A DNA stretch of 64,000 nt from a virus. The translations under genes and the position numbers were made by a program. Under the pieces are notes generated by a model. The model was given only the letters and a program-made list of their open reading frames with translations. It was not told the DNA's origin and ran no database searches. Location: positions 5,068-69,067 of the IMG/VR virus record IMGVR_UViG_3300050144_000081, one strand, 5' to 3'. Positions 55,590 through 64,000 of this stretch are shown one piece after another. The number at the start of each line of letters is the position of its first letter. The stretch's first letter is position 1.

Positions 55590-55964
55590 TCAGATCGTGA
55601 TGATCCGGTGCACAAAAGACCGCTCGGACATGCCGTCTTCAGCGGCTTGGATGTCGGCGGAAATCTCACTGACCGACCGGCCGTAGAAGTCGAGGTTGGC
55701 GGCACGGGAGGCCTCCAGCATCGACGCCTGTTCACGCTCGGCATAGAGCACGAACAGGGGGCGGATCAGCGCAAGCTCTCCGATGGTCAGGCCCGTTGCC
55801 GCCTCAGGCTCGATGGCCGTGGATGGCAGCAGCCGGAGGGGGCCGTAGCCAGCGTAGAAGCGTGCCGCGTTGATGGCGCACTCCATCAGCTCTTCGGGCG
55901 TGAGCAGCAGGCCCGTGCTTTCGCGCACGGACCGGTACTGGCCAACCATCTCGCTGATCAGCAT
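55590..55964 (-). CDS. Putative head-tail joining/morphogenesis protein
   Basis: 124 aa between tube and hub; function inferred. Confidence 0.5.
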   Translation of the reverse strand: MLISEMVGQYRSVRESTGLLLTPEELMECAINAARFYAGYGPLRLLPSTAIEPEAATGLTIGELALIRPLFVLYAEREQASMLEASRAANLDFYGRSVSEISADIQAAEDGMSERSFVHRIITI

Positions 55965-55972
55965 GGCCTCGA

Positions 55973-56479
55973 TCAGTCGATGCTGTCGATGTTGCCGGCG
56001 ACGGTTTCGCCGAAGTAGTGGAAGAACATCGTGCCGGAGTACGTCAGGATCTGGGAGTTGTTGTCCCAGTCTCGGTCCGGGTTGTCCAGCTGGATGAAGG
56101 CGTCGATGATCTTCCAGGCGCGGCGGAATCGGTCATCGGTGCCCTCGTACACCGTCGCGTTGAAGCGGGTGTGGTCGGATTTCTTGGCGATGTCGTCGAA
56201 GAAGGTGTCCATGTGGCCAATGCGCGTCTCCATCAGCGTCACGGCTCCCTGCTGGTGGACCTTGAGCTGCTGCGGCTGCCACAGCTTGGCGCCATTCGGC
56301 GTGGGGATCTCGATTTCACCGGCCGTGCTGATGATCGGAACCGGCATCTGCTTGACCAGCAGCTTCAGCGTCTCGAATCCTTCGATCACCAGCATGCAGT
56401 CGCTGTTGATGACCTTGTCGGACAGCGCGCGCGTCGATGTGTACTTGCCCTTGAGCCACTGCTTGGCGTCGATTGTCAT
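55973..56479 (-). CDS. Tail tube protein (P1 BplB-like)
   Basis: 168 aa; KGKYT......I.S...L.I.G.E....LV...P.P......IE...PNG pattern; start re-picked. Confidence 0.7.
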   Translation of the reverse strand: MTIDAKQWLKGKYTSTRALSDKVINSDCMLVIEGFETLKLLVKQMPVPIISTAGEIEIPTPNGAKLWQPQQLKVHQQGAVTLMETRIGHMDTFFDDIAKKSDHTRFNATVYEGTDDRFRRAWKIIDAFIQLDNPDRDWDNNSQILTYSGTMFFHYFGETVAGNIDSID

Positions 56480-56530
56480 GGTGTCCCCGCGGGGGAGTGG
56501 TTGGATGCAGTGATCCTGACCCCGCCGCAG

Positions 56531-56562
56531 AAACGAAAACGGGGCGCTTTTCCGGCGCCCCG
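56531..56562 (-). terminator. Rho-independent terminator ending the antirepressor operon
   Basis: CGGGGCGC-CGGAAAA-GCGCCCCG followed by TTTTCGTTT on the minus strand. Confidence 0.7.
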
Positions 56563-56580
56563 CTGCTTGATTCTTGCTGA

Positions 56581-56781
56581 TCAACCCTCTTCAGGAGGCA
56601 GTTCCTCGGCGGAGGAAACTCCATCAAGTTCGTCAATCATGCGCCACATTTTCTCATCCAGCTGGGCAGACAAGGATCTGATTATTGAGATGCTGAACGC
56701 ATCCTTCCTTGCCTCTACCCCAATCTCTCGGATGACATCGCAAACAGCAATCACGGCGATTGCATTTTCTCTTTTTCCCAT
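56581..56781 (-). CDS. Small hypothetical protein
   Basis: 66 aa from ATG 56781 (TAATG coupling). Confidence 0.45.
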   Translation of the reverse strand: MGKRENAIAVIAVCDVIREIGVEARKDAFSISIIRSLSAQLDEKMWRMIDELDGVSSAEELPPEEG

Positions 56782-56860
56782 TACTTGGCCTCCGCCACTT
56801 TGACAAAAATCACAAACAAGCAATGGTAGTTCAAAGTTCCCGCGTATGCTTTTGCAGTGT

Positions 56861-57013
56861 TCATGCGGCCCCGTTCATCGCGTCAATCAGCATGCGGAAT
56901 GTTTCGATGTCGGCATTGATTTCGCCAAGAATTTTTTCATGGGCGACCCCTGTAATGATTGATTCGCGCAGCGTGCGACCCACTACCCCCTTGTTCGTGG
57001 TGGGCGTTGTCAC
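56861..57013 (-). CDS. Small hypothetical protein (50 aa)
   Basis: GTGA overlap with the antirepressor stop; hand translation VTTPTTNKGVVGRTLRESIITG... Confidence 0.4.
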   Translation of the reverse strand: MTTPTTNKGVVGRTLRESIITGVAHEKILGEINADIETFRMLIDAMNGAA

Positions 57014-57873
57014 GCCACCTCCGTCGCGGCCGTCAGACCAATTTCATCCAGCAGGCATTGGAACGTGTCGATGTACCAGTGTGGCTGCGTCTCCTTCGGG
57101 CTGCTCGGGCTGGTGACGTTCTTGCCCCAGCGCGCACCCAGGCCCGTGACGCTCCAGAACTTCGATTCGGCCCCGCGCGAGGTCGGGCGCGTCATCTGCT
57201 CGATCAGGCCGGCGCTGGCCAGCAGCTTGTTGACCGCGAGCGCGCTCTTGCCGGTGCTGTGCTGCGTCAGCAGTTCCGTGAGGCTGGCGGTGGGGTGGCT
57301 GCCGATGGTGGATTCCGCTCCGGTCGGCGCGTCGACGGCGTAGACGGGCAGCATGGGCAACAGGTGCGCGGCGCCGGCCAGCTTGTGGGCCTCGCGGGTG
57401 ATGCCGAGCCGGGCCGATCCCTCCAGGCGCAGGATGTCGGCGGACATGCGGGCGCTGGTCAGGGCCAGTTCCAGCAGGACGACTGCATCACGGGACAGGC
57501 CTGGCTGCGCTTCTGGGGCGGCATAGGCTCCAGTCCTGCGGATCGCGGGGAGAACGTCCTCGAACACCCACCGCTCGAACTCCTGAGCGGCCGGCAACTT
57601 GCTGGCGATGATGAGGCGCAGAACGTCGGGCTCGGTCAGGATGCGGGCCTCTTGCGTCCGGCCGAGCGAATCGAGGATGGGGTAACGGATCGTGACCCCA
57701 CGGCAATGGTCGCCCATGGCCTTGTTCGGGTTCGTGTAGCCCAGGCGGTCGCACACGTCCTTGCCAACGAATCCAGGTTCGCCAGATTCGAGCGTGACGG
57801 CACGAACGGCCTTGCCATCGCCGGGGAAGTTGAAGGTGCGCGCTGCGGCGCTGGGGATGGTGTTGCTTGCCAT
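57010..57873 (-). CDS. Bro-N antirepressor
   Basis: FVGKDVC..LGY.NP.KA...HC...E..V.RLI..SKLP.A.EFERWVFEDVLP.IRRTG.Y; C-terminal GKN..SP...ETQPHWY. Confidence 0.9.
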   Translation of the reverse strand: MASNTIPSAAARTFNFPGDGKAVRAVTLESGEPGFVGKDVCDRLGYTNPNKAMGDHCRGVTIRYPILDSLGRTQEARILTEPDVLRLIIASKLPAAQEFERWVFEDVLPAIRRTGAYAAPEAQPGLSRDAVVLLELALTSARMSADILRLEGSARLGITREAHKLAGAAHLLPMLPVYAVDAPTGAESTIGSHPTASLTELLTQHSTGKSALAVNKLLASAGLIEQMTRPTSRGAESKFWSVTGLGARWGKNVTSPSSPKETQPHWYIDTFQCLLDEIGLTAATEVA

Positions 57874-57886
57874 GATGGCTCCAAGG

Positions 57887-57994
57887 TCAGGTTTGAACCC
57901 GCCGCCCCTCTGTCGATAGGGCGGCAGACCGTGCGGGTGACAGACCGGGACCAAGGGACCGGCAGGGCTTTCGCCCTCCCACACGGCCCGCCAT
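57887..57994 (-). CDS. Icd/Ash-like leader peptide (35 aa)
   Basis: MAGRVGGRKPCRSLGPGLSPARSAALSTEGRRVQT*, Ash-family pattern upstream of the antirepressor. Confidence 0.55.
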   Translation of the reverse strand: MAGRVGGRKPCRSLGPGLSPARSAALSTEGRRVQT

Positions 57995-58029
57995 TGAAAC
58001 TGGTGGAGCCATGCTTGCGCATCATGTCG

Positions 58030-58106
58030 TTTTCGCATGGACATGGAAAAGCCGCTTGCGCGGCCTGTGCGCCTTGATCGTTCCGGGCTGTCATCCCCGG
58101 CCACTG
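58030..58106 (-). ncRNA. C4-like antisense RNA (boundaries approximate)
   Basis: GGGATGACAGCCCGG on the minus-strand transcript is nearly complementary to CCGGTCTGTCACCC at 57935-57948 in the same transcript. Confidence 0.55.
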
Positions 58107-58291
58107 TTTTTTCAGTGGCGGACGGAATGTAGCCTCAGACGCACGATCATGTCAACTTTCGATGAATTTACGCCTTTTGCCGTGCGTCAGTCATCTGATT
58201 ATGGTGCATTTTATGTGCTTGTGATGTGCTTTCGTCTATCTTGATGTGTGCCGCACTTCTGGTGTGTAAAATTGAAAATAAGGAAGCGCCA

Positions 58292-58654
58292 ATGTCAAAA
58301 TACCAACTTGTGGCAGCAGTTCTTGCCGCGCTGTCAGGTCTGCATGCCCAGGCGGCATCGTTCGATTGCACCAAGGCTTCAGCCAGGGTGGAGCGCATGA
58401 TCTGCGCCGACATCAGCTTGAGCCGGCTGGATGATGCGATGGATCAGACATACGGCCGCATGCGCGCGGCACAGCGCGAAGATGCTGGCGCCGACGGCTG
58501 GCTGAAGAAGACGCAGCGCGAGTGGCTGAGGCGGCGCAATGCCTGCGACATGCCGCAGTGCGTGCGCGACGCCTACGTTTCCCGCATCGAAGAGGTGTGC
58601 GGCATGCCGGTGGCGTCCGGTGTCCATCCAGGCTGCCCGGAGGTGGCTCAATGA
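58292..58654 (+). CDS. Exported LprI-like (lysozyme inhibitor family) protein
   Basis: Signal peptide, ASFDCTKA...E.MIC....LS.LD..M...Y...QR.WL..RN.C....C....Y..RI. Confidence 0.85.
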   Translation: MSKYQLVAAVLAALSGLHAQAASFDCTKASARVERMICADISLSRLDDAMDQTYGRMRAAQREDAGADGWLKKTQREWLRRRNACDMPQCVRDAYVSRIEEVCGMPVASGVHPGCPEVAQ

Positions 58655-58670
58655 TCGGCAGATCAAGCGG

Positions 58671-61600
58671 TCAGGTCTTGCCAAGCCCGCCGGTTGCGAT
58701 GTGCGCAATCGACCGGTCCCCGAGATCCTGCGTGATGGGCTGGCGGCTGGTCATTCGCACCGAGGTGGTACTGGCGTCGGTGTTGAGCGTTGGTTGCGGG
58801 ATGGTCACAGCCGGCGCATCCGGGATGCTTCCGGCGCTCGGCATGGGAACCGATGCCGCCGTGCTTGGTGCTGACATGGTCCCCGCAGGCCGCGCAGATA
58901 CCGGGGCCAGCATGGACCGCACCAGCGCCTCAGCAGAGGAAATGGCCTGGGCGGGGCCGGCAAGCAGGCTGGCTGAGATCGACTTGCCGGGGTCGACGGG
59001 TTGCGTTGTGGGGTCTCCGTGGGATTGGCGTGGGTCGCCGCTGGCCGAATAGGTTGCCCGGCCTGCATCTGGAGGTGTGGCGCGGTCATCTCTGCGCTGT
59101 GCTGGGCTTGCTACCCCGGAGTCGGTTGGGGCATCAGACTTGATGTCTGGGGCTGGGATTGGTCCTGACTTCCCAGGCGCCCTGTCTGCTGTGGAGCGAG
59201 CCTGCTGCTTTTGCGTCTGGCCGCCAGTGCTTGCCGGCCCATTGGTCAGGGGGTTGGCGGCCTGCGTGGTGGTCGCCGCGCGCGGCACCGATGGCATGGG
59301 AGCGCCTGCCGCCGAATCAGGGGCTGGTGCGGCGCCATTTGTGCTTGCCAAGCTCACCAGGCGCTTTTTCTCTTCAACTGCCCGTGCCGCAGTCCCCGCA
59401 CGGTTTCGTTCATCGGAACTCGCGAAGAGCCGATCGTTGTTCGCGATCTTGTAGTTTTGAATTGCGGAAACAATATCCGCATCGCTCATTTTTGCAGCAT
59501 CTTGCCCGGACAGGGCGCTTGATATCAGTCCAACCGCCCCCCGCGACTTCCCTTTCGCGCCAGCCCCGAAATGCACGCCTGTCGACCAGATGGCATCTTG
59601 CACCGCAGGCCCGCGTTGGCTCAGGTCAATGCCAGAGGCCTTGAGGCCAGCCACTGCGGGATCGTAATTCTGCGACTTGATGTAGTCATGCTGCGCGCTA
59701 CCGAAGGATGGATCATTCTTCGCGACATCCTTCCATTTCGCGTTGAATTCAGGGGTTCCAGGTTGCATGCCAGCAAACTGATTCCCATAGTCCGATTTTT
59801 TCAGAAAATCCTGAACAACTCCCATTTTGCTGGCCATCTGGTATGTGCCGTAGGACGCTCCGCCGAAGTCGCCCTTCCCCGTGCTGACTGTCCCTGCGCC
59901 GCCTTTCCCGCTCTCGAAAATCTTGCTGGTTTGGCCCAACACCCAATCCTTGGCGGCAACAGCCTTGTCTGCCGCATAGCTGGCGGCCTGCTTGACCGGA
60001 GCTGGAAGCGCATTGACAGCCCTCCCAGCCAGATCTGCCACCTTCTTTCCTGTCGCGTCAAGCGCTCCACCGACCCCAGAGTTTTTCAGCCCATCGTTGA
60101 TAGAGGCGCCCAGCTTCTCCCCGATCTTTTCTCCGCCGAGTGACCCAGCAATCCCACCAGCAATTCCGCCAATCAATGCCCCGGGCGGACCAGCGATGGC
60201 GCCGAGCGCTGCGCCACTTGCTGCGCCAGCCATTCCGCCGGCCAGCCCGCCAACAGCCCCACCGGTGCGTTTCGCGCGATCGGTGGCGTTCTGCTCTTTC
60301 GTCTTCGTCGGATCATCCTCCGTCATCACGGCGTCAGCGATGTCTGCCGCGCCAAGCAGCGACCCGAGCAGAGGGACTCGCTTCAGCAACCCTTTTGCAC
60401 CAGACTTCAGCGCACCAGCTGCCCCCTTTGCCGCATTGCCCACCCCCGACAGCTTTCCAAGCCCGGGAATCTTGCTTCCCAGGCCTGAAAGCATCCCGCC
60501 TCCACTCACCGCGATGCTACTGCCAATCGGCTTGCGCTCGATCTCGCGCAGCACGCGCAGCTGGTCTCGGTCCGACTTCGTCTGGTCGCCACGGATCAGC
60601 ATGAGCGTGCGCAGCATCTTGCCCGGCACGGCAGCGGCAGATGCAGATGAGCCCTGGTTGGATCCGCGCTGCGCCTGTGCTGGCGCTGTAGCAGCCGCTG
60701 AAGGTGTCGGCATGCTGCGGCCAGAAGACCCGGCCGGCACCTCGAACATGCCGCGACCAGTCGGGGCCACTGCAACCTGGTGCGTGCTCAGGCTGTCGCT
60801 GGCACTGCTGACGGCGCTGTGCTTGACCGCCTCCCGGCGCTGGCGCTCGATCTCGGAAAGCGCCTGACGGTCGCTGGCCTGGCTGCTGCGCTCCCGTGCG
60901 GTGGCCGTTGCCGAGGTCGTTGACGTGGTTGCGGACGTGCCGTCGCTGGCCGTGGAGTGCGTCGAGTCCGAGCGCGCCGAAGTAGACCGCTCGATCTCGC
61001 GCTGAATGGTGGTGCGCTCGCTGCGCATCTCGGCCAGCGCCTGCGCTGTGCGGTCGTGCTGGCTCGCTGGCGCGGCTGGCGCGTCAGGAGCCGCTGGTGT
61101 CGGCACCGGTGCGGCTGGTGTCGCCGCGACGGATTGGGCGGTGGCCTGCGCTGCTGCGGCCTGTTCTGGTGCAGCTGCCAGTGGCGACACCCACCCCACC
61201 GGCTGCACCGGTGCCGAGCTGGCGCCAATCGCCTGCTGCGCGGCGTCGGCGGTCCGGTTCTCGGCTGGCCGTGGCGCTGCGCTGGGGATGGCGCCACCTG
61301 GCGCCGGCGCGGGCTTGATCGACGCAGACGGCTGGCCGCGCCCGGGGTCCGCGTCCCGCATGGCATCCATGCCCGCGGCCGAACTGGTCGCGCTGCTGTC
61401 GAATCGGTCGACCTCGCGTGCGGTCTTGGATGTGCTGGCCGGACCAGGATGATCGCCGGCCTCTCCGATCTGCCCACCCGTTGCGCCACCAGCGGCACCC
61501 GCCGCCCCAGCGGTACCGGGCTTCACGGATGCAGGTGCGGCCCCTGTTGAACCAGGTTCTCCGACACCACCGCGCCCGGATGACCCACCTGCCCCGTTCT

Positions 61601-63386
61601 TGCCCTGCTGCCCATCTCGTCCGCCGCCAGCGGCGCCAGCGGTGCCAGCGGCGCCAGCGGTGCCAGCGGCGCCAGCGGCGCCAGCGGCGCCAGCGGTGCC
61701 AGCGGCGCCAGCGGTGCCAGCGGCGCCAGCGGTGCCAGCGGCGCCAGCGGCGCCAGCGGCGCCAGCGGTGCCAGCGGCGCCAGCGGTGCCAGCGGCGCCA
61801 GCGGTGCCAGCGGCGCCAGCGGTGCCAGCGGTGCCAGCGGTGCCAGCGGCGCCAGCCGACACGCTGCGCCAGATCCGCGACAACCAGCGCTCGCTGCGCT
61901 GGCCCGTCTTCTCTGCCCTGGCCTGCCGGACCCGGTTGAAGATTCCCTTCCCAGCACTGCCCAGTGGCCCAGCCAACCGGCCAACCTCAGCCGCAGCCTT
62001 CAACGTTGGGTCGCGGTCACTGCTTCCGCTGACGGCCTCTTTCAGAGTACCGCTGATCCCATCGGCGATGGCCTTCGCGCTGTCCCTGATGAGCCCTGCG
62101 CCCTTTGCATCGTCATCCCCTGAGATCCTGCGGTGACTCGGGCTTGTGTCGCGGTCATCCGCGGAACCAGCGCCGCCGGTCCGTTCGGCCGATGTGAACC
62201 TCCCGGTCCCATCACGAACTGCGGGAATCTGGCTGCGTCGCGCGGAGAACCCATCAGGGGAGACTGCCGGAACGCCAGCAGCTGCGCCAATGCCTGGCAT
62301 TGCTGGCGCAGAGGACGAGGCCACCTCGGCGGGAGATCCTGGGGTGGAACTGGAGGCGCTGGGGAACTGGACATGATTCGAGGCCGTGATGGATCTGCCA
62401 GATCCTGCTTGACCACCGTTCTCGGCAACACCGGCAGCTCCAGCCATGCCGGGGTTGCGCGCCGATGCGGCAGCAGGAGACGACTTCTCCCTGCTCACCG
62501 GGTCCGGGACTGCGGTGGCCCCCAGCATCTGGCGCGGCATCCGCTTGAGGTCGGCATGGACGACGCCGCGACCTGGCAGCGGCACAGCGGCATCCCCGCC
62601 GCCGACTTCACGAATCATCGATGTCGAAGGGACCGCGCCGACGACACCGAACATCTGCCGTAGCACAGTCTCCGGTGTCTGCCTGCGGTCGGCCCTGCCG
62701 CCAGGTGATGCCGGCTGCACAGCCCCTGCACTTCGGATCGCCCCCCCGACGGGCCGCACTTGACCAGTCGCGACCGCAGGCTGCGACAGCCGATCGATTG
62801 TGACCGTCGACACCGATCGTCCCGACACGAACCGACCGCGCGCATCTCGCTCAGGCATGGGCCGGCCAGTTTGGCCAGGCAGTCCAGCATCCCCCTTCAC
62901 CCCCCCCGCCGCCTGAACAGACACATGAACGGATGGTGGTTGCGCACTGGGCTGGCGTGGCGCCCGATCTGGCGCTGCATTTGTGCCTGCAGATCCAGTG
63001 TGGCCGGTGACGCCGGAAATCCGCGGCGGCGGGCTGCGCGATGTGTCGGCTTCGTTTTGCCGCGGCATTGTCAGCGACACGCCTGGGGCTGCGGCATCGC
63101 CAGAAGAGACCGCACGTAGATCACTGGTGCGAGCAGCCACCCCATCCGGCATGACAGCAGGCCGGATCTGTCCCGGCGCAACTGCGACGGCCTGTGGCAT
63201 CTGACCAAGCAGGCGAGCGATGCGCTCCAGTCGGCTATCGATCGACTCCAGGCTGTCGCCGATCTCTCGCAGCGCATCCAGCTCTTGGTCACTCGCCACC
63301 GACTCATCGCGCGGGATGTCTATCTGTCGGCCACCGGTGAGGAACCCTTCGGCGTCGTGCGGAAACATGCGGTCAGTTGCGCTCAT
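58671..63386 (-). CDS. Tape-measure-like protein (P1 Sit analogue) with a lysozyme-like domain of the VgrG3 C-terminal type
   Basis: 1571 aa low-complexity; GLLKRVPLLG..L...G...GG.AG membrane-like motif; FESGKGGAGTVSTGKGDFGGASYGTYQMAS. Confidence 0.8.
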   Translation of the reverse strand: MSATDRMFPHDAEGFLTGGRQIDIPRDESVASDQELDALREIGDSLESIDSRLERIARLLGQMPQAVAVAPGQIRPAVMPDGVAARTSDLRAVSSGDAAAPGVSLTMPRQNEADTSRSPPPRISGVTGHTGSAGTNAAPDRAPRQPSAQPPSVHVSVQAAGGVKGDAGLPGQTGRPMPERDARGRFVSGRSVSTVTIDRLSQPAVATGQVRPVGGAIRSAGAVQPASPGGRADRRQTPETVLRQMFGVVGAVPSTSMIREVGGGDAAVPLPGRGVVHADLKRMPRQMLGATAVPDPVSREKSSPAAASARNPGMAGAAGVAENGGQAGSGRSITASNHVQFPSASSSTPGSPAEVASSSAPAMPGIGAAAGVPAVSPDGFSARRSQIPAVRDGTGRFTSAERTGGAGSADDRDTSPSHRRISGDDDAKGAGLIRDSAKAIADGISGTLKEAVSGSSDRDPTLKAAAEVGRLAGPLGSAGKGIFNRVRQARAEKTGQRSERWLSRIWRSVSAGAAGTAGTAGTAGAAGTAGAAGTAGAAGTAGAAGAAGAAGTAGAAGTAGAAGTAGAAGAAGAAGTAGAAGTAGAAGGGRDGQQGKNGAGGSSGRGGVGEPGSTGAAPASVKPGTAGAAGAAGGATGGQIGEAGDHPGPASTSKTAREVDRFDSSATSSAAGMDAMRDADPGRGQPSASIKPAPAPGGAIPSAAPRPAENRTADAAQQAIGASSAPVQPVGWVSPLAAAPEQAAAAQATAQSVAATPAAPVPTPAAPDAPAAPASQHDRTAQALAEMRSERTTIQREIERSTSARSDSTHSTASDGTSATTSTTSATATARERSSQASDRQALSEIERQRREAVKHSAVSSASDSLSTHQVAVAPTGRGMFEVPAGSSGRSMPTPSAAATAPAQAQRGSNQGSSASAAAVPGKMLRTLMLIRGDQTKSDRDQLRVLREIERKPIGSSIAVSGGGMLSGLGSKIPGLGKLSGVGNAAKGAAGALKSGAKGLLKRVPLLGSLLGAADIADAVMTEDDPTKTKEQNATDRAKRTGGAVGGLAGGMAGAASGAALGAIAGPPGALIGGIAGGIAGSLGGEKIGEKLGASINDGLKNSGVGGALDATGKKVADLAGRAVNALPAPVKQAASYAADKAVAAKDWVLGQTSKIFESGKGGAGTVSTGKGDFGGASYGTYQMASKMGVVQDFLKKSDYGNQFAGMQPGTPEFNAKWKDVAKNDPSFGSAQHDYIKSQNYDPAVAGLKASGIDLSQRGPAVQDAIWSTGVHFGAGAKGKSRGAVGLISSALSGQDAAKMSDADIVSAIQNYKIANNDRLFASSDERNRAGTAARAVEEKKRLVSLASTNGAAPAPDSAAGAPMPSVPRAATTTQAANPLTNGPASTGGQTQKQQARSTADRAPGKSGPIPAPDIKSDAPTDSGVASPAQRRDDRATPPDAGRATYSASGDPRQSHGDPTTQPVDPGKSISASLLAGPAQAISSAEALVRSMLAPVSARPAGTMSAPSTAASVPMPSAGSIPDAPAVTIPQPTLNTDASTTSVRMTSRQPITQDLGDRSIAHIATGGLGKT
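61626..61856. repeat. 9-bp tandem repeat GCCAGCGG(C/T), 25 units plus a partial, encoding (AGT/AGA)n in the tape measure
   Basis: Direct count: 61626-61850 = 225 nt. Confidence 0.95.
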
Positions 63387-63562
63387 CGCGCCGATGCTGC
63401 GCGACTGGATCAGGACAATGCCCGTGTGTTTTCCGTGCGTGCACCAGGAGTGCTTAAATAGTGCTTTGCCCCCTTGTTCTCATTGGAAAACTGTTATACA
63501 GTTCATACATCGGTTCTGCAAACGGCAGGTCCGGCAACCGGCAACCAAGTAGGAGAGACGAC

Positions 63563-63880
63563 ATGGGCAACGCATTCATCCTCATCAAGACCACTAAGGC
63601 CGGAGAGGGTAGGGTCAAACTTGAGGCGCTGGTGTTCGACACCCGCGCGGCTCGCGACAGCGCATTCCAGGCGGTCGTCGGCGCCAATGAAGCGCTTCCA
63701 CCCCACCCGCTGGGCGGCTTTTTTGAGCCGCTGGAGTTCGTCCAGGCCGCCAGGGCGGTGGCCGACATGGACGGCATTGATGAAGCAGTGGCCGAGGCGG
63801 CGTCCAACGCAGCTTGGAACTACCGCCACAAGATCAGTGGAGAGGACGCCGCAGTTGATGTCGAAATTCGCAAGGCCTGA
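63563..63880 (+). CDS. Hypothetical protein
   Basis: AGGAG SD + ATG 63563; followed by a GCAA hairpin. Confidence 0.65.
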   Translation: MGNAFILIKTTKAGEGRVKLEALVFDTRAARDSAFQAVVGANEALPPHPLGGFFEPLEFVQAARAVADMDGIDEAVAEAASNAAWNYRHKISGEDAAVDVEIRKA

Positions 63881-63954
63881 CCCAGCCCCGCAAGGGGCTT
63901 GCAAGAGCATCGCGCCGCGGTGCTGCTGCAAGCCAACCACCACAGAGAGATGCC

Positions 63955-64000
63955 ATGACCGCAGACCAGATCAACACCGCCATCAACCGTGCGGACATCG
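63955..64000 (+). CDS. Start of an ORF running off the window end
   Basis: ATG ACC GCA GAC CAG ATC AAC... Confidence 0.35.
   Translation, partial: MTADQINTAINRADI

Larger units (their letters stand above)
1..64000. mobile_element. Temperate P1-like myophage genome segment (prophage or free phage); both boundaries outside the window
   Basis: Capsid, sheath, tube, baseplate, terminase, lysis, integrase, repressor and replication genes throughout; no host housekeeping genes recognised. Confidence 0.95.

Noticed and set aside
61523-62136. (PLA)n and (PAA/PAV)n ORFs over the tandem repeat
   Set aside because: Alternative-frame readings of the 9-bp VNTR inside the tape measure gene

Overview
The whole 64 kb window is phage DNA; I see no host housekeeping genes and both ends run into phage ORFs. 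It looks like a GC-rich temperate myovirus, probably of a betaproteobacterium (inferred from Ssb and H-NS-like sequences). The virion module is P1 (Punavirus)-like and lies in several minus-strand blocks: a DarA-like protein with a DdrB/ParB domain, Hdf, Pro protease, capsid, sheath, tube, baseplate/spike/PAAR, tail fibre, tape measure with a muramidase domain, terminase, and a holin plus GH19 endolysin. These blocks alternate with early/accessory cassettes, three of which follow an identical 19-bp motif. The control module is lambdoid/integrative rather than plasmid-like: CI-like repressor, O/P-like replication genes, YqaJ exonuclease, a P4-type integrase next to an attP-like arm-repeat region, tRNA genes and a C4/Icd/antirepressor locus. 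Top observations: (1) two tandem structured units built of NN-GCA pentamers upstream of a truncated, possibly RAMP/Cas7-like gene (24240-24770), a candidate gapped-code guide-RNA system; (2) a probable 8/4-structure tRNA-Ser(UGA); (3) a perfect 42-bp palindrome in a hairpin-rich region between attP and the tRNAs; (4) lesions in several accessory genes (in-frame UGA in ssb, a motif deletion in a methyltransferase). All family assignments come from motif recognition by eye, with no database search. Several start codons were re-picked relative to the ORF track.
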